From positions 4,032,001 to 4,096,000 of the forward strand of contig OZ241863.1 in the NCBI GenBank assembly GCA_965203055.1: a stretch of DNA of 64,000 nucleotides. Reading direction: 5' to 3'. The stretch's first letter is position 1; each line of letters starts with the position of its first letter. Origin of the DNA: Spirochaetia bacterium (GTDB lineage Bacteria; Spirochaetota; Spirochaetia; SZUA-6; Bin103). Of this stretch, positions 37,165-46,647 are shown piece by piece. Made by a program: the position numbers and the translations under genes. Below the pieces are notes generated by a model. That model ran no database searches and was not told where the DNA came from. It saw only the letters and a program-made list of their open reading frames with translations.

Positions 37165-37309
37165 TGTATGGGTGAAATGCCGCTTCTTGTCAAGCTCTCA
37201 CCGGCGAACGGGCGAGCCGGCGGCGCCGGGGCCGGCCAGCCCGGAAACGCGCCGCTCGGCGCCGGAGCGGAGGTTCGGTTGACAAAAGCGCCGCGCCGGT
37301 GCATGTACT
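37165..37309. promoter_or_regulatory. Divergent sigma70-like promoters for dksA-like gene and infA
   Basis: Perfect TTGACA on - strand (37193-37188, 17 nt, then CATACA) and on + strand (37279-37284); -10 boxes weak. Confidence 0.4.
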
Positions 37310-37339
37310 AGGCACTATCTCCCACTGCAAGGATTGTTC

Positions 37340-37558
37340 TTGGCGAAAGAAGAGGCGATCGAGATCGAAGGGACGGTTCGAGAATCGTTACCAAACACCA
37401 TGTTCCGCGTCGAGTTGCTCAACGGTCACCGGGTGTTGGCCCACCTGTCGGGGAAGATGCGGCGGCATTACATTCGCATCGTTCCCGGCGACCGCGTGCG
37501 GGTTGCCCTGTCACCGTACGATTTGAATCGTGGCCGTATCATCTACCGCGAACGCTAG
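37340..37558 (+). CDS. infA: Translation initiation factor IF-1
   Basis: [46 protein letters not shown] start. Confidence 0.97.
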   Translation: MAKEEAIEIEGTVRESLPNTMFRVELLNGHRVLAHLSGKMRRHYIRIVPGDRVRVALSPYDLNRGRIIYRER

Positions 37559-37638
37559 GCGCTGAACCCGCCCCGGCGCCCGCCGGCAGCCGCGCGGCTA
37601 ACGGTGCGGGGTCGCGCCGGAGCGAGCCGACTGAGCGG

Positions 37639-38961
37639 TCAACTCCGGTAGTCGGCGTTCTCGCGCACGTATTCGTAGCCCAGATCCGCAGCCAGCGCGC
37701 GTACGGTATGTGGCTCCTGCGCCGGATACCCGCCGCCGTCGATCCCGATCCCGATCCGCACCACCCGGTCATGCGGCGGAAACCCGCCGCCTGAATCGCA
37801 CTGGCAAGCCTGCAGGTACGCGCTCAGATCACGCTCCAACACCGGGTCGATGGTGAATGCGCCGGCAGCGAACACCTGCCGGTCGCCCAGGGTGATGGTG
37901 AGGTTGCGCGCCGCGAGATGGCGCAGGTCCGGGCGGCTGCCGAGGTAGTCGCCGGCCGCGCTGGCGATGCGCCCGACGTTGGGGTCGTTGCCGTATACCG
38001 CGGTCTTCACCAGCGGTGAGTTGCCCACCGCCTTGGCCAGCGCCGCCGCGTCCCGCGGCGGCAGGCGGGAGGTTACCGCCACCTCGATCACGTGGCGAGT
38101 ACCCTCTCCGTTGCGGACGACGTCGCCGGCCAGCTCGGTGCACACCTGCTGCAGTGCGGCGCGCAGCCCGGGCGCCGCACTGCCGTCCGGCGGCCGCTCG
38201 CGGCAACTGAGCAGCACTACCATGTCGCTGGTGCTCTGGTCGCCGTCCACGGTAATGCGGTTGAAGGAGCGGCGCGCCGCTCGCTGCAGCTCCTGCTGCA
38301 GCTCATCGGCGGAGGCCGGAGCATCGGTGAGGATGAACGCCAGCATGGTGGCGAGATTGGGTTCGATCATCCCGGCGCCCTTGGCGATGCCGAGCACGCG
38401 GTACCCGGACGAGGTCCGGGCGCTGCGCAGCTTGGGGTAGGCGTCGGTGGTCATGATTGCCTGCGCCACCGCCAGGGGAGTTGCCGCGCCGAGGCTGGCT
38501 GCCAATGCGGGCGTGGCAGCTCCCAGAGCGGCCACCGGGAGCTGCCAGCCGATTACGCCGGTAGAAGCCGGCAGGAGCTCCGCGCCCGGTATCCCGAGGC
38601 CGGCGCCGGCCCGGTCGAGCAGGGCGCGCGCCGCGGTCTCCCCCTCGGGGGCGCAGACGTTGGCCACCTTGTTGTTGATCAGAATGCCGCGCACCGGGCG
38701 CCCGCGATGCCGGCGTACGATCTCCACCGGCGCGCCGGTAACGCGGTTGCGGGTCAGCGCCGCGGCCCAGGCGCGGCTCGCGGCAGGAGCAACGATCGCC
38801 GCCAGATTGATCGGCAGCGGGCGGGCGTCCGCGCCCAGCTCCACCGGGGTGAACTGCGCCGCGGCGACCGCGAAGCGAAACCCCTGCGGAACCAGGGCGC
38901 GCTCCTCCAGCGCCGCTCGATATGCCTCCGCCGTACCGTAGACCTCGCCCGCTGCCGCCAC
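37639..38961 (-). CDS. argJ: Glutamate N-acetyltransferase/ornithine acetyltransferase
   Basis: STGVIG, IMTTD.YPK, AKGAGMIEPNLATML, VDGDQSTSD, SPLVKTA.YG.DPN.GR, NADYRS. Confidence 0.93.
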   Translation of the reverse strand: MAAAGEVYGTAEAYRAALEERALVPQGFRFAVAAAQFTPVELGADARPLPINLAAIVAPAASRAWAAALTRNRVTGAPVEIVRRHRGRPVRGILINNKVANVCAPEGETAARALLDRAGAGLGIPGAELLPASTGVIGWQLPVAALGAATPALAASLGAATPLAVAQAIMTTDAYPKLRSARTSSGYRVLGIAKGAGMIEPNLATMLAFILTDAPASADELQQELQRAARRSFNRITVDGDQSTSDMVVLLSCRERPPDGSAAPGLRAALQQVCTELAGDVVRNGEGTRHVIEVAVTSRLPPRDAAALAKAVGNSPLVKTAVYGNDPNVGRIASAAGDYLGSRPDLRHLAARNLTITLGDRQVFAAGAFTIDPVLERDLSAYLQACQCDSGGGFPPHDRVVRIGIGIDGGGYPAQEPHTVRALAADLGYEYVRENADYRS

Positions 38962-39034
38962 CGGTCACCTTATAGTACGGGACGCCCGCCAAAGACAACT
39001 CCGCGGCTCCTGCCCACCCACCCGCGTCCGCCGC

Positions 39035-39064
39035 TTGACACCGCACGGCGGATGCCGAGACAAT
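39035..39064 (+). promoter_or_regulatory. Sigma70-like promoter upstream of ATPase/TOPRIM-like pair
   Basis: TTGACA-18 nt-GACAAT, ending 23 nt before the ATG. Confidence 0.45.
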
Positions 39065-39087
39065 CGAACCAGCCTCGCAGACGACTC

Positions 39088-40188
39088 ATGCTCACGAGAT
39101 TCTACGCGGACAACTTTCGGTGTCTGATCAATTTCGATCTCAAGCTCGAGGAAACGAACGTGCTTCTCGGCAGCAACGGTACCGGCAAGACGTCGGTACT
39201 GGAGGTGCTGCGGAAGATACAGGAATTGGTCGCTCGCGGCCGGAGAATCGACGAGATATTTTCGGCGCGAGATCTTACTTGGGGCGAGAACCGCAATGAA
39301 CAACGTTTCGAGATCGATGCCGATGTGGATCAACACACCTACCGTTATGGCTTGACGGTGGAGCACGATCCGGACAGGCGCCGAGTGCGGATCAGCAAAG
39401 AGACTCTCGATCATGACGGCAGACCGATCTTCGAGTTCGATGACGGCCATGCGCAACTCTACCGCGACGACTATACCGAGAGGCCTGGTTTTCCGTTTGA
39501 TTGGACGTTATCCGGCATCGGCATGCTGCACGATCGGCCCGGCAACCGGAAGCTCACGCAATTCAAGAAGGAATTGGTAAACTACATCATCGTCGGTATC
39601 TGTCCCCCGTTGTTCCAATCGGAAACCAGGACGGAAGATGAATTCCTCGACCTCATGATGGAGAATTTCGTCGGCTGGTATCGTCACTACTCTCAAGAGA
39701 ACATGGGGTCGGTCGGAAAACTGTTCGATGAACTCCGCGCAGCGCTTCCTGGTTTCGACTCGATCAGGCTCAAAGAGTCCGGCGAGAGTTCACGCGCTCT
39801 CAAGGCTGTCTTTCGCAGAGCGTCCAACAAGACGGTCGATTACGGATTAGACCAGCTTTCCGACGGCCAGAGCGCGTTGATCGCATTGTACAGCCTGCTC
39901 GTGCTTACCGATGACCGCCGCGTATCGCTGTTCGTCGACGAACCCGACAACTACCTCGCGTTGCGCGAGATTCAGCCGTGGCTGGCGGAGGCGGCCGCCC
40001 GCTGCGGCGAGTCGCTGGAGCAGGTCACCGTCGTCTCCCATCATCCGGTCACCATAGACTACCTGGCAGGAGCCCACGGACGCTGGTTCTTTCGGAACGG
40101 CGACGGACCGGTGCGGATAGGCGAAGAACCGGAGGCGACCGACGGATTAAGGCTTTCCGATACGGTCGTTCGTGGATGGGAGGGATGA
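39088..40188 (+). CDS. ABC/SMC-type ATPase (AAA_21-like, OLD/AbiEii-related)
   Basis: NFRCL, GSNGTGKTS, LSDGQ, VDEPDNYL, VSHHP; lower GC. Confidence 0.88.
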   Translation: MLTRFYADNFRCLINFDLKLEETNVLLGSNGTGKTSVLEVLRKIQELVARGRRIDEIFSARDLTWGENRNEQRFEIDADVDQHTYRYGLTVEHDPDRRRVRISKETLDHDGRPIFEFDDGHAQLYRDDYTERPGFPFDWTLSGIGMLHDRPGNRKLTQFKKELVNYIIVGICPPLFQSETRTEDEFLDLMMENFVGWYRHYSQENMGSVGKLFDELRAALPGFDSIRLKESGESSRALKAVFRRASNKTVDYGLDQLSDGQSALIALYSLLVLTDDRRVSLFVDEPDNYLALREIQPWLAEAAARCGESLEQVTVVSHHPVTIDYLAGAHGRWFFRNGDGPVRIGEEPEATDGLRLSDTVVRGWEG

Positions 40189-40725
40189 GCGCGAGCATCA
40201 TACTGCTCTGCGAAGATCTGCAGACCGAGAGTTTCGTCAGCCGCTTCCTCCTCCATCGCAATTTTCGTGGCCGCGACGTTCTCACCGTGCCAATCCCGGG
40301 TGGCAAGCAGTCCGGCGAGCAGTGGGTTCGCACGAGTTACCCTGATCAACTGAGAGCGATTCGCCGCAGACAGAAGACGGTCCTGCTCGTGGTCATTGAT
40401 GCGGATACCAATACGACGTCCCTCAGGGAGAAGGCAATTGAATCAGGAATGCCGCCGTCGCCAAGTTACGCCGATATCAACAGACCCGGTGATCATCGTC
40501 ATACCGAAACGAAATATCGAGACTTGGTTTCACTTCCTCAAACACCAGACACCGGTCGATGAGACAGTAACGTATCGGAAGCTCAATCGGGCGAGTGACT
40601 GCCATCCTCTCGCCGACGAGTTGCATCGGATCTGTCACGAACGGCAACGTCTTCCCGACTTCGCGCCGCAATCCTTGAAGGAGGCGTGTCTGGAGTATCC
40701 GAAGCTCACTCGATTCCTGCGCTGA
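40185..40725 (+). pseudogene. TOPRIM-like partner of the ATPase, split by a frameshift near 40426-40428 (real or assembly error)
   Basis: Frame 1: ILLCED..GEQWVR..VIDAD; frame 2 continues RRQLNQEC..IPKRNIETW..SLKEACLEY. Confidence 0.7.
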
Positions 40726-40792
40726 GCAGCGCTTGAAGCGCAGTCGCCGCTACAGCTTTCCCGCCGCGGCGCCGAACCTGATAGCAGGATCG

Positions 40793-41644
40793 ATGATAAG
40801 CCCGGAGCTTGCCGCCGGCGCGGCTGCCGGCGTGGTCGTTACCCTGATAATCGCGGCGGCGTTGCGCGGCGGGGGAAGGGCGGGCGGCGGGGCGGCGCGA
40901 CGGCGGATGGAGCAGTTGGACGAGCTGTCGCGGCGTCTGATGCGTTTCGAACAGGCGCTGACGGTGCCAAGCCAGCGCGGCGCGTACGGTGAACGGCTGC
41001 TCGAGGAGCTGCTGGCCACCTGGTTGCCGCGGGCCAGCTTCGCCACTCAGGTCACCCTGCCGGGCGGCGCGCGGGTCGATGCCATGGTCAAACTGGGCCA
41101 GCGTACCGTGGCGGTCGACGCCAAGTTTCCGTTCGAGGCGGTGGAGAAGCTGGCGCCCGAGGCGCCGCTGACGAAGAGCGCCGAGCGCGCCATCCTCCGC
41201 CACGCCGCGGCCGTGGGGGACAAGTACGTCCTGCCGGACGCCGGCACCTACAACTTCGCGCTGCTCTACGTTCCGAGCGACGCCCTCTACCTGCGCTGCT
41301 TTGGCGGTCCCGACGATCTGCTCGGAGCAGCGCTGCAACGGCGCGTCGTGCCGGTCGGCCCCTCCGCCCTGTACCTGTACCTGCACACCGTCGGCCACGC
41401 CCTGCGCGGGGTGCGCCTGGCCGCGGCCGGTCTGGAGTTGGCCGACACCCTGCAGCGGGCGCGCGACGAAGTCACGGCGCTGCTGGACGCCGGCCAACGG
41501 GTGGAGGGCCAGCTCCTGCAGCTTGGCCGCGGCCACGCCGCCGCCCGCACCGGACTGCGCAACCTGGCCGTCGCCCTGGAACGACTGGCCGGCGGGGCTC
41601 ACTCGGTTGCGGCGAGATCCAACTCCAGCCGCAACGGCAGGTGA
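40793..41644 (+). CDS. rmuC: DNA recombination protein RmuC family (short form)
   Basis: N-terminal TM, RGAYGE..LE, RVDA, AVDAKFP, KY, FALLYVPSD, VGPSAL. Confidence 0.8.
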   Translation: MISPELAAGAAAGVVVTLIIAAALRGGGRAGGGAARRRMEQLDELSRRLMRFEQALTVPSQRGAYGERLLEELLATWLPRASFATQVTLPGGARVDAMVKLGQRTVAVDAKFPFEAVEKLAPEAPLTKSAERAILRHAAAVGDKYVLPDAGTYNFALLYVPSDALYLRCFGGPDDLLGAALQRRVVPVGPSALYLYLHTVGHALRGVRLAAAGLELADTLQRARDEVTALLDAGQRVEGQLLQLGRGHAAARTGLRNLAVALERLAGGAHSVAARSNSSRNGR

Positions 41645-42747
41645 TCGGAGTAACCGCCGGGCGGGGGACCGCGGTAGAAGCGCCGCGGGCTGCCTGCCGC
41701 GTCAAGCAGGTGGTCGCCGATCACCGCGAACCGGTCGCCGCCGGCAAAGCTCACGCCGGCGGCGTCGAACAGCCCGGCGCCCAACAGCAGGTGGTCGATG
41801 GTCTCCCAGCTATCCTGATAGAGATAGCTGCCCGCCGGCGCCCGGCCGGCGTCGCGCCAGGCGAACCACGGGCTGAACAGCACCGGAGAGGCGTCCGCGG
41901 CCGGGACGGCGTCGGTTACCGGCAGCGCGCCGGCGCCGCCGGCCTCCCCAACCGGCATCAATGCCGTCACGTAGCGCCGCTGCCGGCGCTCGAATTCATC
42001 CACCGACACGTTCAGGTCGCCGGCCACGATCACGTCGGCGGCCGGGTCGGCGGCGTAGATTTCGCGCAGGCGGGCGGCCAGCACCTCCGCCGCCTGCCGC
42101 CGGTAGCGCTCGGTCTCGGCGCTGCCGCCGCGCTTCGACTTCCAATGGTTGTTGAACAGGAACACCGACGGCGCGTCGGCCGCCTCGCCGAGGGCCACTT
42201 CCACCTCCAGGATGGGCCGCAGCGGCAGTTCGGGCGTGCCCTCGCCCCACAGCGCGCCCACTCGCCGCACCGGCAGCTTGGACAGCACCACCGGGCCGTT
42301 GGCGGCCTGCGGATCCGGCAGCCATACGATGTGCCGGTACCCCAGGTGGGCCAGCTCCAGCGACACCAGCCGGCGCGCCGCGCCGTAGTGCTCCACCTCC
42401 TGCAGCGCCACCAGATCGGCCCCGCCCGGCGCCGCGGCGCGCAATGCGCTCGCGATGGCGCGCAGCTTGGCGGTGTACAGCGCCTCGTTCCAGCCGCTGG
42501 CAGTGGTATAGTCGCGGTACTCGCCGCCGTCGTCGGTGGCATCGAACAGGTTCTGGACGTTGTAGCTGACCACGGTGACGACGCGCCCCGAGTTGCCGCA
42601 GGCGGCGAGCAGGAGCGCCATGCCCAGCACCGCGGCCGCACGGCGCGCGCCCGCCGCCGCCGGCGGTTGCCCCGGACGCCGGCGGCCCGCAGCGCCGAAC
42701 CCCGGCCCGCGGACCAGCGCGGGCGCCGGCTGCGCGTTACAGGTCAT
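41599..42747 (-). CDS. Endonuclease/exonuclease/phosphatase family lipoprotein
   Basis: LAAC lipobox, SYNVQNLFD, LQEVE, NHWKSK, AGDLN, IDH, GYSDHLP. Confidence 0.88.
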   Translation of the reverse strand: MTCNAQPAPALVRGPGFGAAGRRRPGQPPAAAGARRAAAVLGMALLLAACGNSGRVVTVVSYNVQNLFDATDDGGEYRDYTTASGWNEALYTAKLRAIASALRAAAPGGADLVALQEVEHYGAARRLVSLELAHLGYRHIVWLPDPQAANGPVVLSKLPVRRVGALWGEGTPELPLRPILEVEVALGEAADAPSVFLFNNHWKSKRGGSAETERYRRQAAEVLAARLREIYAADPAADVIVAGDLNVSVDEFERRQRRYVTALMPVGEAGGAGALPVTDAVPAADASPVLFSPWFAWRDAGRAPAGSYLYQDSWETIDHLLLGAGLFDAAGVSFAGGDRFAVIGDHLLDAAGSPRRFYRGPPPGGYSDHLPLRLELDLAATE

Positions 42748-43360
42748 CTTGCGAGTGGATGATGGTGCCCACCAGCCCGTACGCCAGGGCCTCTTCGGCG
42801 CCCATCCAGTAGTCGCGGTCGGTGTCCTGTTCCACCTCGCCAATCGGCTTGCCGGTCTCCTGCGAGATCAGATCGTTCATCTTGCGGCGCATCAGATCGA
42901 TCTCGCGCGCGTGAATCTCGATCTCGGTGCCGACGCCGCGGAAGCCGGCCATCGGCTGGTGAATGAGATAGCGGGAATTGGGCAGGGCAAAGCGGCGCTC
43001 CCGGGGCGCCGCCAGCAGCACGATGGCGCCCGCGCTCGCCACCAGGCCCATGCCGATCATGTTGATGGGCGGCCGCACGAAGCGCATCATGTCGAGGATC
43101 GCGAACCCGGCATCGGCATCCCCTCCGGGGCTGTCGATGAACACCTTGATCGGCTGGTCGCTCTCCTGCTCCAACAGCAGCACCTGGCGCACCACCCGCT
43201 CGGCCAGGTTCTTGTTGATCTCACCGGTCAGAAGGACCGTTCGTGTCTTGAGGAACTGGCGCAACAGGGGGGATTCGTCCCCTCGTTCCCGGGCGTCGTC
43301 CCGTTCCCGGCCCTCGTCCTGTTCCTCTTCCTGCTCGTCGGCGTCCCAGTCTGGTCGCAT
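42737..43360 (-). CDS. clpP: ATP-dependent Clp protease proteolytic subunit
   Basis: IDSPGG, VASAG, IHQP, DTDRDYWM.AEEA..YGLV. Confidence 0.93.
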   Translation of the reverse strand: MRPDWDADEQEEEQDEGRERDDARERGDESPLLRQFLKTRTVLLTGEINKNLAERVVRQVLLLEQESDQPIKVFIDSPGGDADAGFAILDMMRFVRPPINMIGMGLVASAGAIVLLAAPRERRFALPNSRYLIHQPMAGFRGVGTEIEIHAREIDLMRRKMNDLISQETGKPIGEVEQDTDRDYWMGAEEALAYGLVGTIIHSQDDL

Positions 43361-43468
43361 TTCGCCTCCAAATGTCGTGGCGCCACGGCTGCGAGCGCCG
43401 CTCACCGTCGCGCCGGAATATACTCGCCGTGTCCCGGCTCTGCCAATTGAGCCGCGCCGGCGGGGCCT

Positions 43469-44515
43469 TCAGTTGACGTTGATCCGGCCCTGCAACGCCG
43501 GGAAGGCATTACTCGTCAGGGCCGCCAGCTCCTCACCGGCGCCGTACACCACCACCCCCTCGACGCCGGGGTAGCTCGCCAACAGCTCCCCGCCGGCGCT
43601 TCCCATGATGAATAACGCGGTCGCGAGCGCGTCTGCTTCAATCGCGCTGCCGGCAACCACCGTCACCGACACGGCGTCGCTGTCGGGGCGGCCCGTGGCC
43701 GGGTTGAGGAGGTGATGGTAGCGCACGCCGGCGCGTTCGAAGTACCGCTCGTAGTCGCCGGAAGTGGCGAGCGCGACCCGCCCGCCGGCGGCGCCGATGA
43801 GGGCGATGGCGAGCGGCAGGTCGGGGTGCCGCGGGTGCCGCACCCAGATGCGCCACGGCGCGCCGCCGGGCTTGAGCCCCGCCGCCAGCACGTCGCCGCC
43901 CGCCTCCAGCAGAAACCGTTCATAGCCGCGCTCGGCCAGCCAGTCGGCCAGGTGATCCACCACCGCCCCCTTGCCGATGGCGCCGAGGTCCAGTTCCGCG
44001 TCCTGCAGCGTGGCGCGGCCCGCGGCGTCCACCTGCAGCCGGCGGTAATCGACGCGCTCCAGGGCGGCGGCGAGGGCGGCCGGGGCGGGCACCGCGCCGC
44101 CGTGATCGAAGTCCCACAATCGGGTGACCGGCAGCAGCGTCGGATCGAAGGCGCCGCCGGTGGCCTCGGCCAGGCGCAGCGCGGCGCGCAGGGTGTTCGC
44201 CGCCAGCGGATCGAGCTGCGCCGCGCCGGTGCGGTTGAGCCGGGCTACCGGACTCGCCGGGTCGCGGTGATCGTAGCGCGCGGCGAAGTCGCGCGCGGCG
44301 CGCTCCACGGCGCTCCAATCCGGGTTGCGGCGGTGGTACACGGTAGCGCGCACGATGGTGGACATGGCCGCGAATTCGTGCTGCCGAGCGCGCTCCCCGC
44401 AGCCGGTCACGGCGGTCGCCGCGGCGCCGGCCATCCCGGCGGCGAACCACGCCGCCAGCAGGCGGCGGAAGGCGGCCCGGCTCCGGCGCCGGCCGCCGCC
44501 TCGAGTGCCGGCCAC
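43469..44515 (-). CDS. apbE: FAD:protein FMN transferase (ApbE family lipoprotein)
   Basis: GAFDPT, DLGAIGKG, EAGGD, ATSGDYERYF, HHLLNP.TG, ADALATA. Confidence 0.9.
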   Translation of the reverse strand: MAGTRGGGRRRSRAAFRRLLAAWFAAGMAGAAATAVTGCGERARQHEFAAMSTIVRATVYHRRNPDWSAVERAARDFAARYDHRDPASPVARLNRTGAAQLDPLAANTLRAALRLAEATGGAFDPTLLPVTRLWDFDHGGAVPAPAALAAALERVDYRRLQVDAAGRATLQDAELDLGAIGKGAVVDHLADWLAERGYERFLLEAGGDVLAAGLKPGGAPWRIWVRHPRHPDLPLAIALIGAAGGRVALATSGDYERYFERAGVRYHHLLNPATGRPDSDAVSVTVVAGSAIEADALATALFIMGSAGGELLASYPGVEGVVVYGAGEELAALTSNAFPALQGRINVN

Positions 44516-44520
44516 CCGGA

Positions 44521-45762
44521 TCAGGCCGTGGCGAGATGCTCGAGGCTGGCGAGGTCGAGCGCGAGGCGCTCGCGGATCTCGGCGAACGCGGTGAGGGTAA
44601 TCGCAACGTCCTCGTCGCTGTGCAGCGCCGTGGGGATCATGCGGAACAGGTTGATCCCGCGCGGCACCACGGGATAGGTGACGCCGGACAGAAACACGCC
44701 GTATTCCTCGCGCAGCATGACCATGATGGCGCGCGCGGTTTCCTGCCCCGACGGAATGTACACCGGCGTGATCGGTGACCGGGTGTCGCCGATGCTGTAC
44801 CCGAGATCCACCAGGCCGCGCTGCAGCGCGCGCGCGTTGCGCCACATCCGTTCGCGGTACTCCGGGTGAGCGAGAATCTCGTTCAGGGTAGCGTCCAGCA
44901 CGTCGACGTAGACCATCGGCAGGGCTTTGGCGAACACGTGGGTGCGGGCGTTGAAGCGGAGGTATTCGATCACCTCGGGCATGCCGGCGGTGACGCCGCC
45001 GATCGCCGCGAACGCCTTGGCGAACGTACCGAAGTAGAGGTCGATCTCCTCCTGCACCCCGAAGTGTTCGGCGGTGCCGCGCCCGGTGGCGCCCATGACC
45101 CCGAACCCGTGGGCGTCGTCGATGAAGATGCGCGCTTCGTACTCGCGCGCGAGGGCGGTGATTGCCGGCAGATTGGCCAGATCGCCGCGCATCCCGTAGA
45201 CCCCTTCGGCCACGATCAGAATGCCGCCGCGGCTGCGTTTGCGCGCCGCCCGGAGCTGCTGCTCGAGGCTGTCCATGTCGTTGTGGCGGAAGGGGCGGAA
45301 GCGGCGCCCGGCCATTGCCAGGATGGCGCCGTCGAGCATCGATGCGTGGGACAGCTTGTCGATGATCACCTCGTCCGCGGGACCGATCAGGGCGGAGATC
45401 GTCCCCATCACGCCGAGGTATCCGTAGTTGAACAGCACCGCGGCCGGCTTGCCGCAGTAGTCCGCCAGGCGCCGCTCCAACGCCTCGTGCCGGGAGGTGT
45501 TGCCGGTAAGGAGGCGGGAACCCATGGGCGCCGAGGTGGAGTTGCGCTGCACCGAAGCCAACGCCGCGGCCTTGATCCGCCGGTTGCCGGTCAGGCCGAG
45601 GTAGCTGTTGATTCCCCACATGATCACGCGCCGGCCACCCGACTCCATGTGCGGCCCCGGCAGGGAATCCAGAATCGGCTGCACCACGTACTTGTCGCCG
45701 GCGGCGCGGTAGCGGCCGAAGTAGCCGCCGTCGCCCTGACATTTCTCGAACAGGTCCGTCAT
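44521..45762 (-). CDS. PLP-dependent alpha-oxoamine synthase; resembles cysteate acyltransferase (SulA/CapB) subfamily
   Basis: WGINSYLGL, PMGSRLLTG, SHAS, DDAHG, GTFAK, VFAKALPM, RMIPTA.H. Confidence 0.85.
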   Translation of the reverse strand: MTDLFEKCQGDGGYFGRYRAAGDKYVVQPILDSLPGPHMESGGRRVIMWGINSYLGLTGNRRIKAAALASVQRNSTSAPMGSRLLTGNTSRHEALERRLADYCGKPAAVLFNYGYLGVMGTISALIGPADEVIIDKLSHASMLDGAILAMAGRRFRPFRHNDMDSLEQQLRAARKRSRGGILIVAEGVYGMRGDLANLPAITALAREYEARIFIDDAHGFGVMGATGRGTAEHFGVQEEIDLYFGTFAKAFAAIGGVTAGMPEVIEYLRFNARTHVFAKALPMVYVDVLDATLNEILAHPEYRERMWRNARALQRGLVDLGYSIGDTRSPITPVYIPSGQETARAIMVMLREEYGVFLSGVTYPVVPRGINLFRMIPTALHSDEDVAITLTAFAEIRERLALDLASLEHLATA

Positions 45763-45963
45763 GCGATCTCCCCCCAGCCTGCAACCCGTCACGGGAGCCC
45801 GACCGGCCCCGCGGCTGCGGCGCGGCATTCGGTAACGGCGCGCAGTGTACGCCTGCCGCGGCGAAAGGTGTTCCGTGCGACCGCGAAAGATGGTACCGTG
45901 TCCCAAGCAAACCGGCTACGGGTTGCAGAATCGTCAGGCCGCTTCTTTCCGGTAGATGAATAT

Positions 45964-46647
45964 ATGAATCAGCTATTCATTCGTTCGAGCAGCGAGCAGT
46001 CCTCGGCGCGGGCGCGCCGCCGGGCAGCGCTGCTCGCCACCGGCGAGCGGCTGTTCGCGGAGCACGGCTACCGCGAAGTCAGCGTGGAACAGATCGCCCA
46101 CGCCACCGGGCTCGCTACCGGGAGCTTCTACAACTACTTCCCGAGCAAGGAGGCGTTCTACTCCCACATTCTCGAACTGATCGAGCGGCGCGCCGTCAGC
46201 GAGGCGCGGCGCGTCGTCAGCCGCTTCGAGTCGCCCATGAACCAGCTCAAGGCGCTGTATCGGTTCATTACCCTCGGCCTCCGGCGCAGCCCCATCCTGC
46301 GCGGCATGCTGACCGGCGACCGGCGCTTCGCATGCCCCGGCGTGGGACCGGTGCAGCGCAGCGAATGGGTGCTCGGGCACGTCGGCGACATGATCGACGA
46401 CATCCTCCGCGCCGGCGTCCGGCGGCGGGCGTTCCGCATCGCCCGCTTCCGCAACGCGCGCCGCATGCTGATCGCGCTCTACACCTCGTTGCTGGTGGAC
46501 TTCGACCGCGAAGCCAACAACGACCTGATCGAGGACACGTTGACCCTCGTGGAACGCGGCTTGCGCCGCCGGCTCACGCTGCGCAACCGCGCCGAACGGG
46601 TCGACCGGCGCCGGGCGCGGGACCGCAGGCAGCGGACCGATGAGTGA
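45964..46647 (+). CDS. TetR/AcrR family transcriptional regulator
   Basis: LFAEHGY..VSVEQIA...GLATGSFYNYFPSKE. Confidence 0.9.
   Translation: MNQLFIRSSSEQSSARARRRAALLATGERLFAEHGYREVSVEQIAHATGLATGSFYNYFPSKEAFYSHILELIERRAVSEARRVVSRFESPMNQLKALYRFITLGLRRSPILRGMLTGDRRFACPGVGPVQRSEWVLGHVGDMIDDILRAGVRRRAFRIARFRNARRMLIALYTSLLVDFDREANNDLIEDTLTLVERGLRRRLTLRNRAERVDRRRARDRRQRTDE

Noticed and set aside
32096..45910. Apparent N-terminal fusions on alr (768 aa), the ATPase (698 aa), apbE (813 aa) and the TetR gene
   Set aside because: The extensions overlap neighbouring real genes in other frames or strands; plausible internal starts exist
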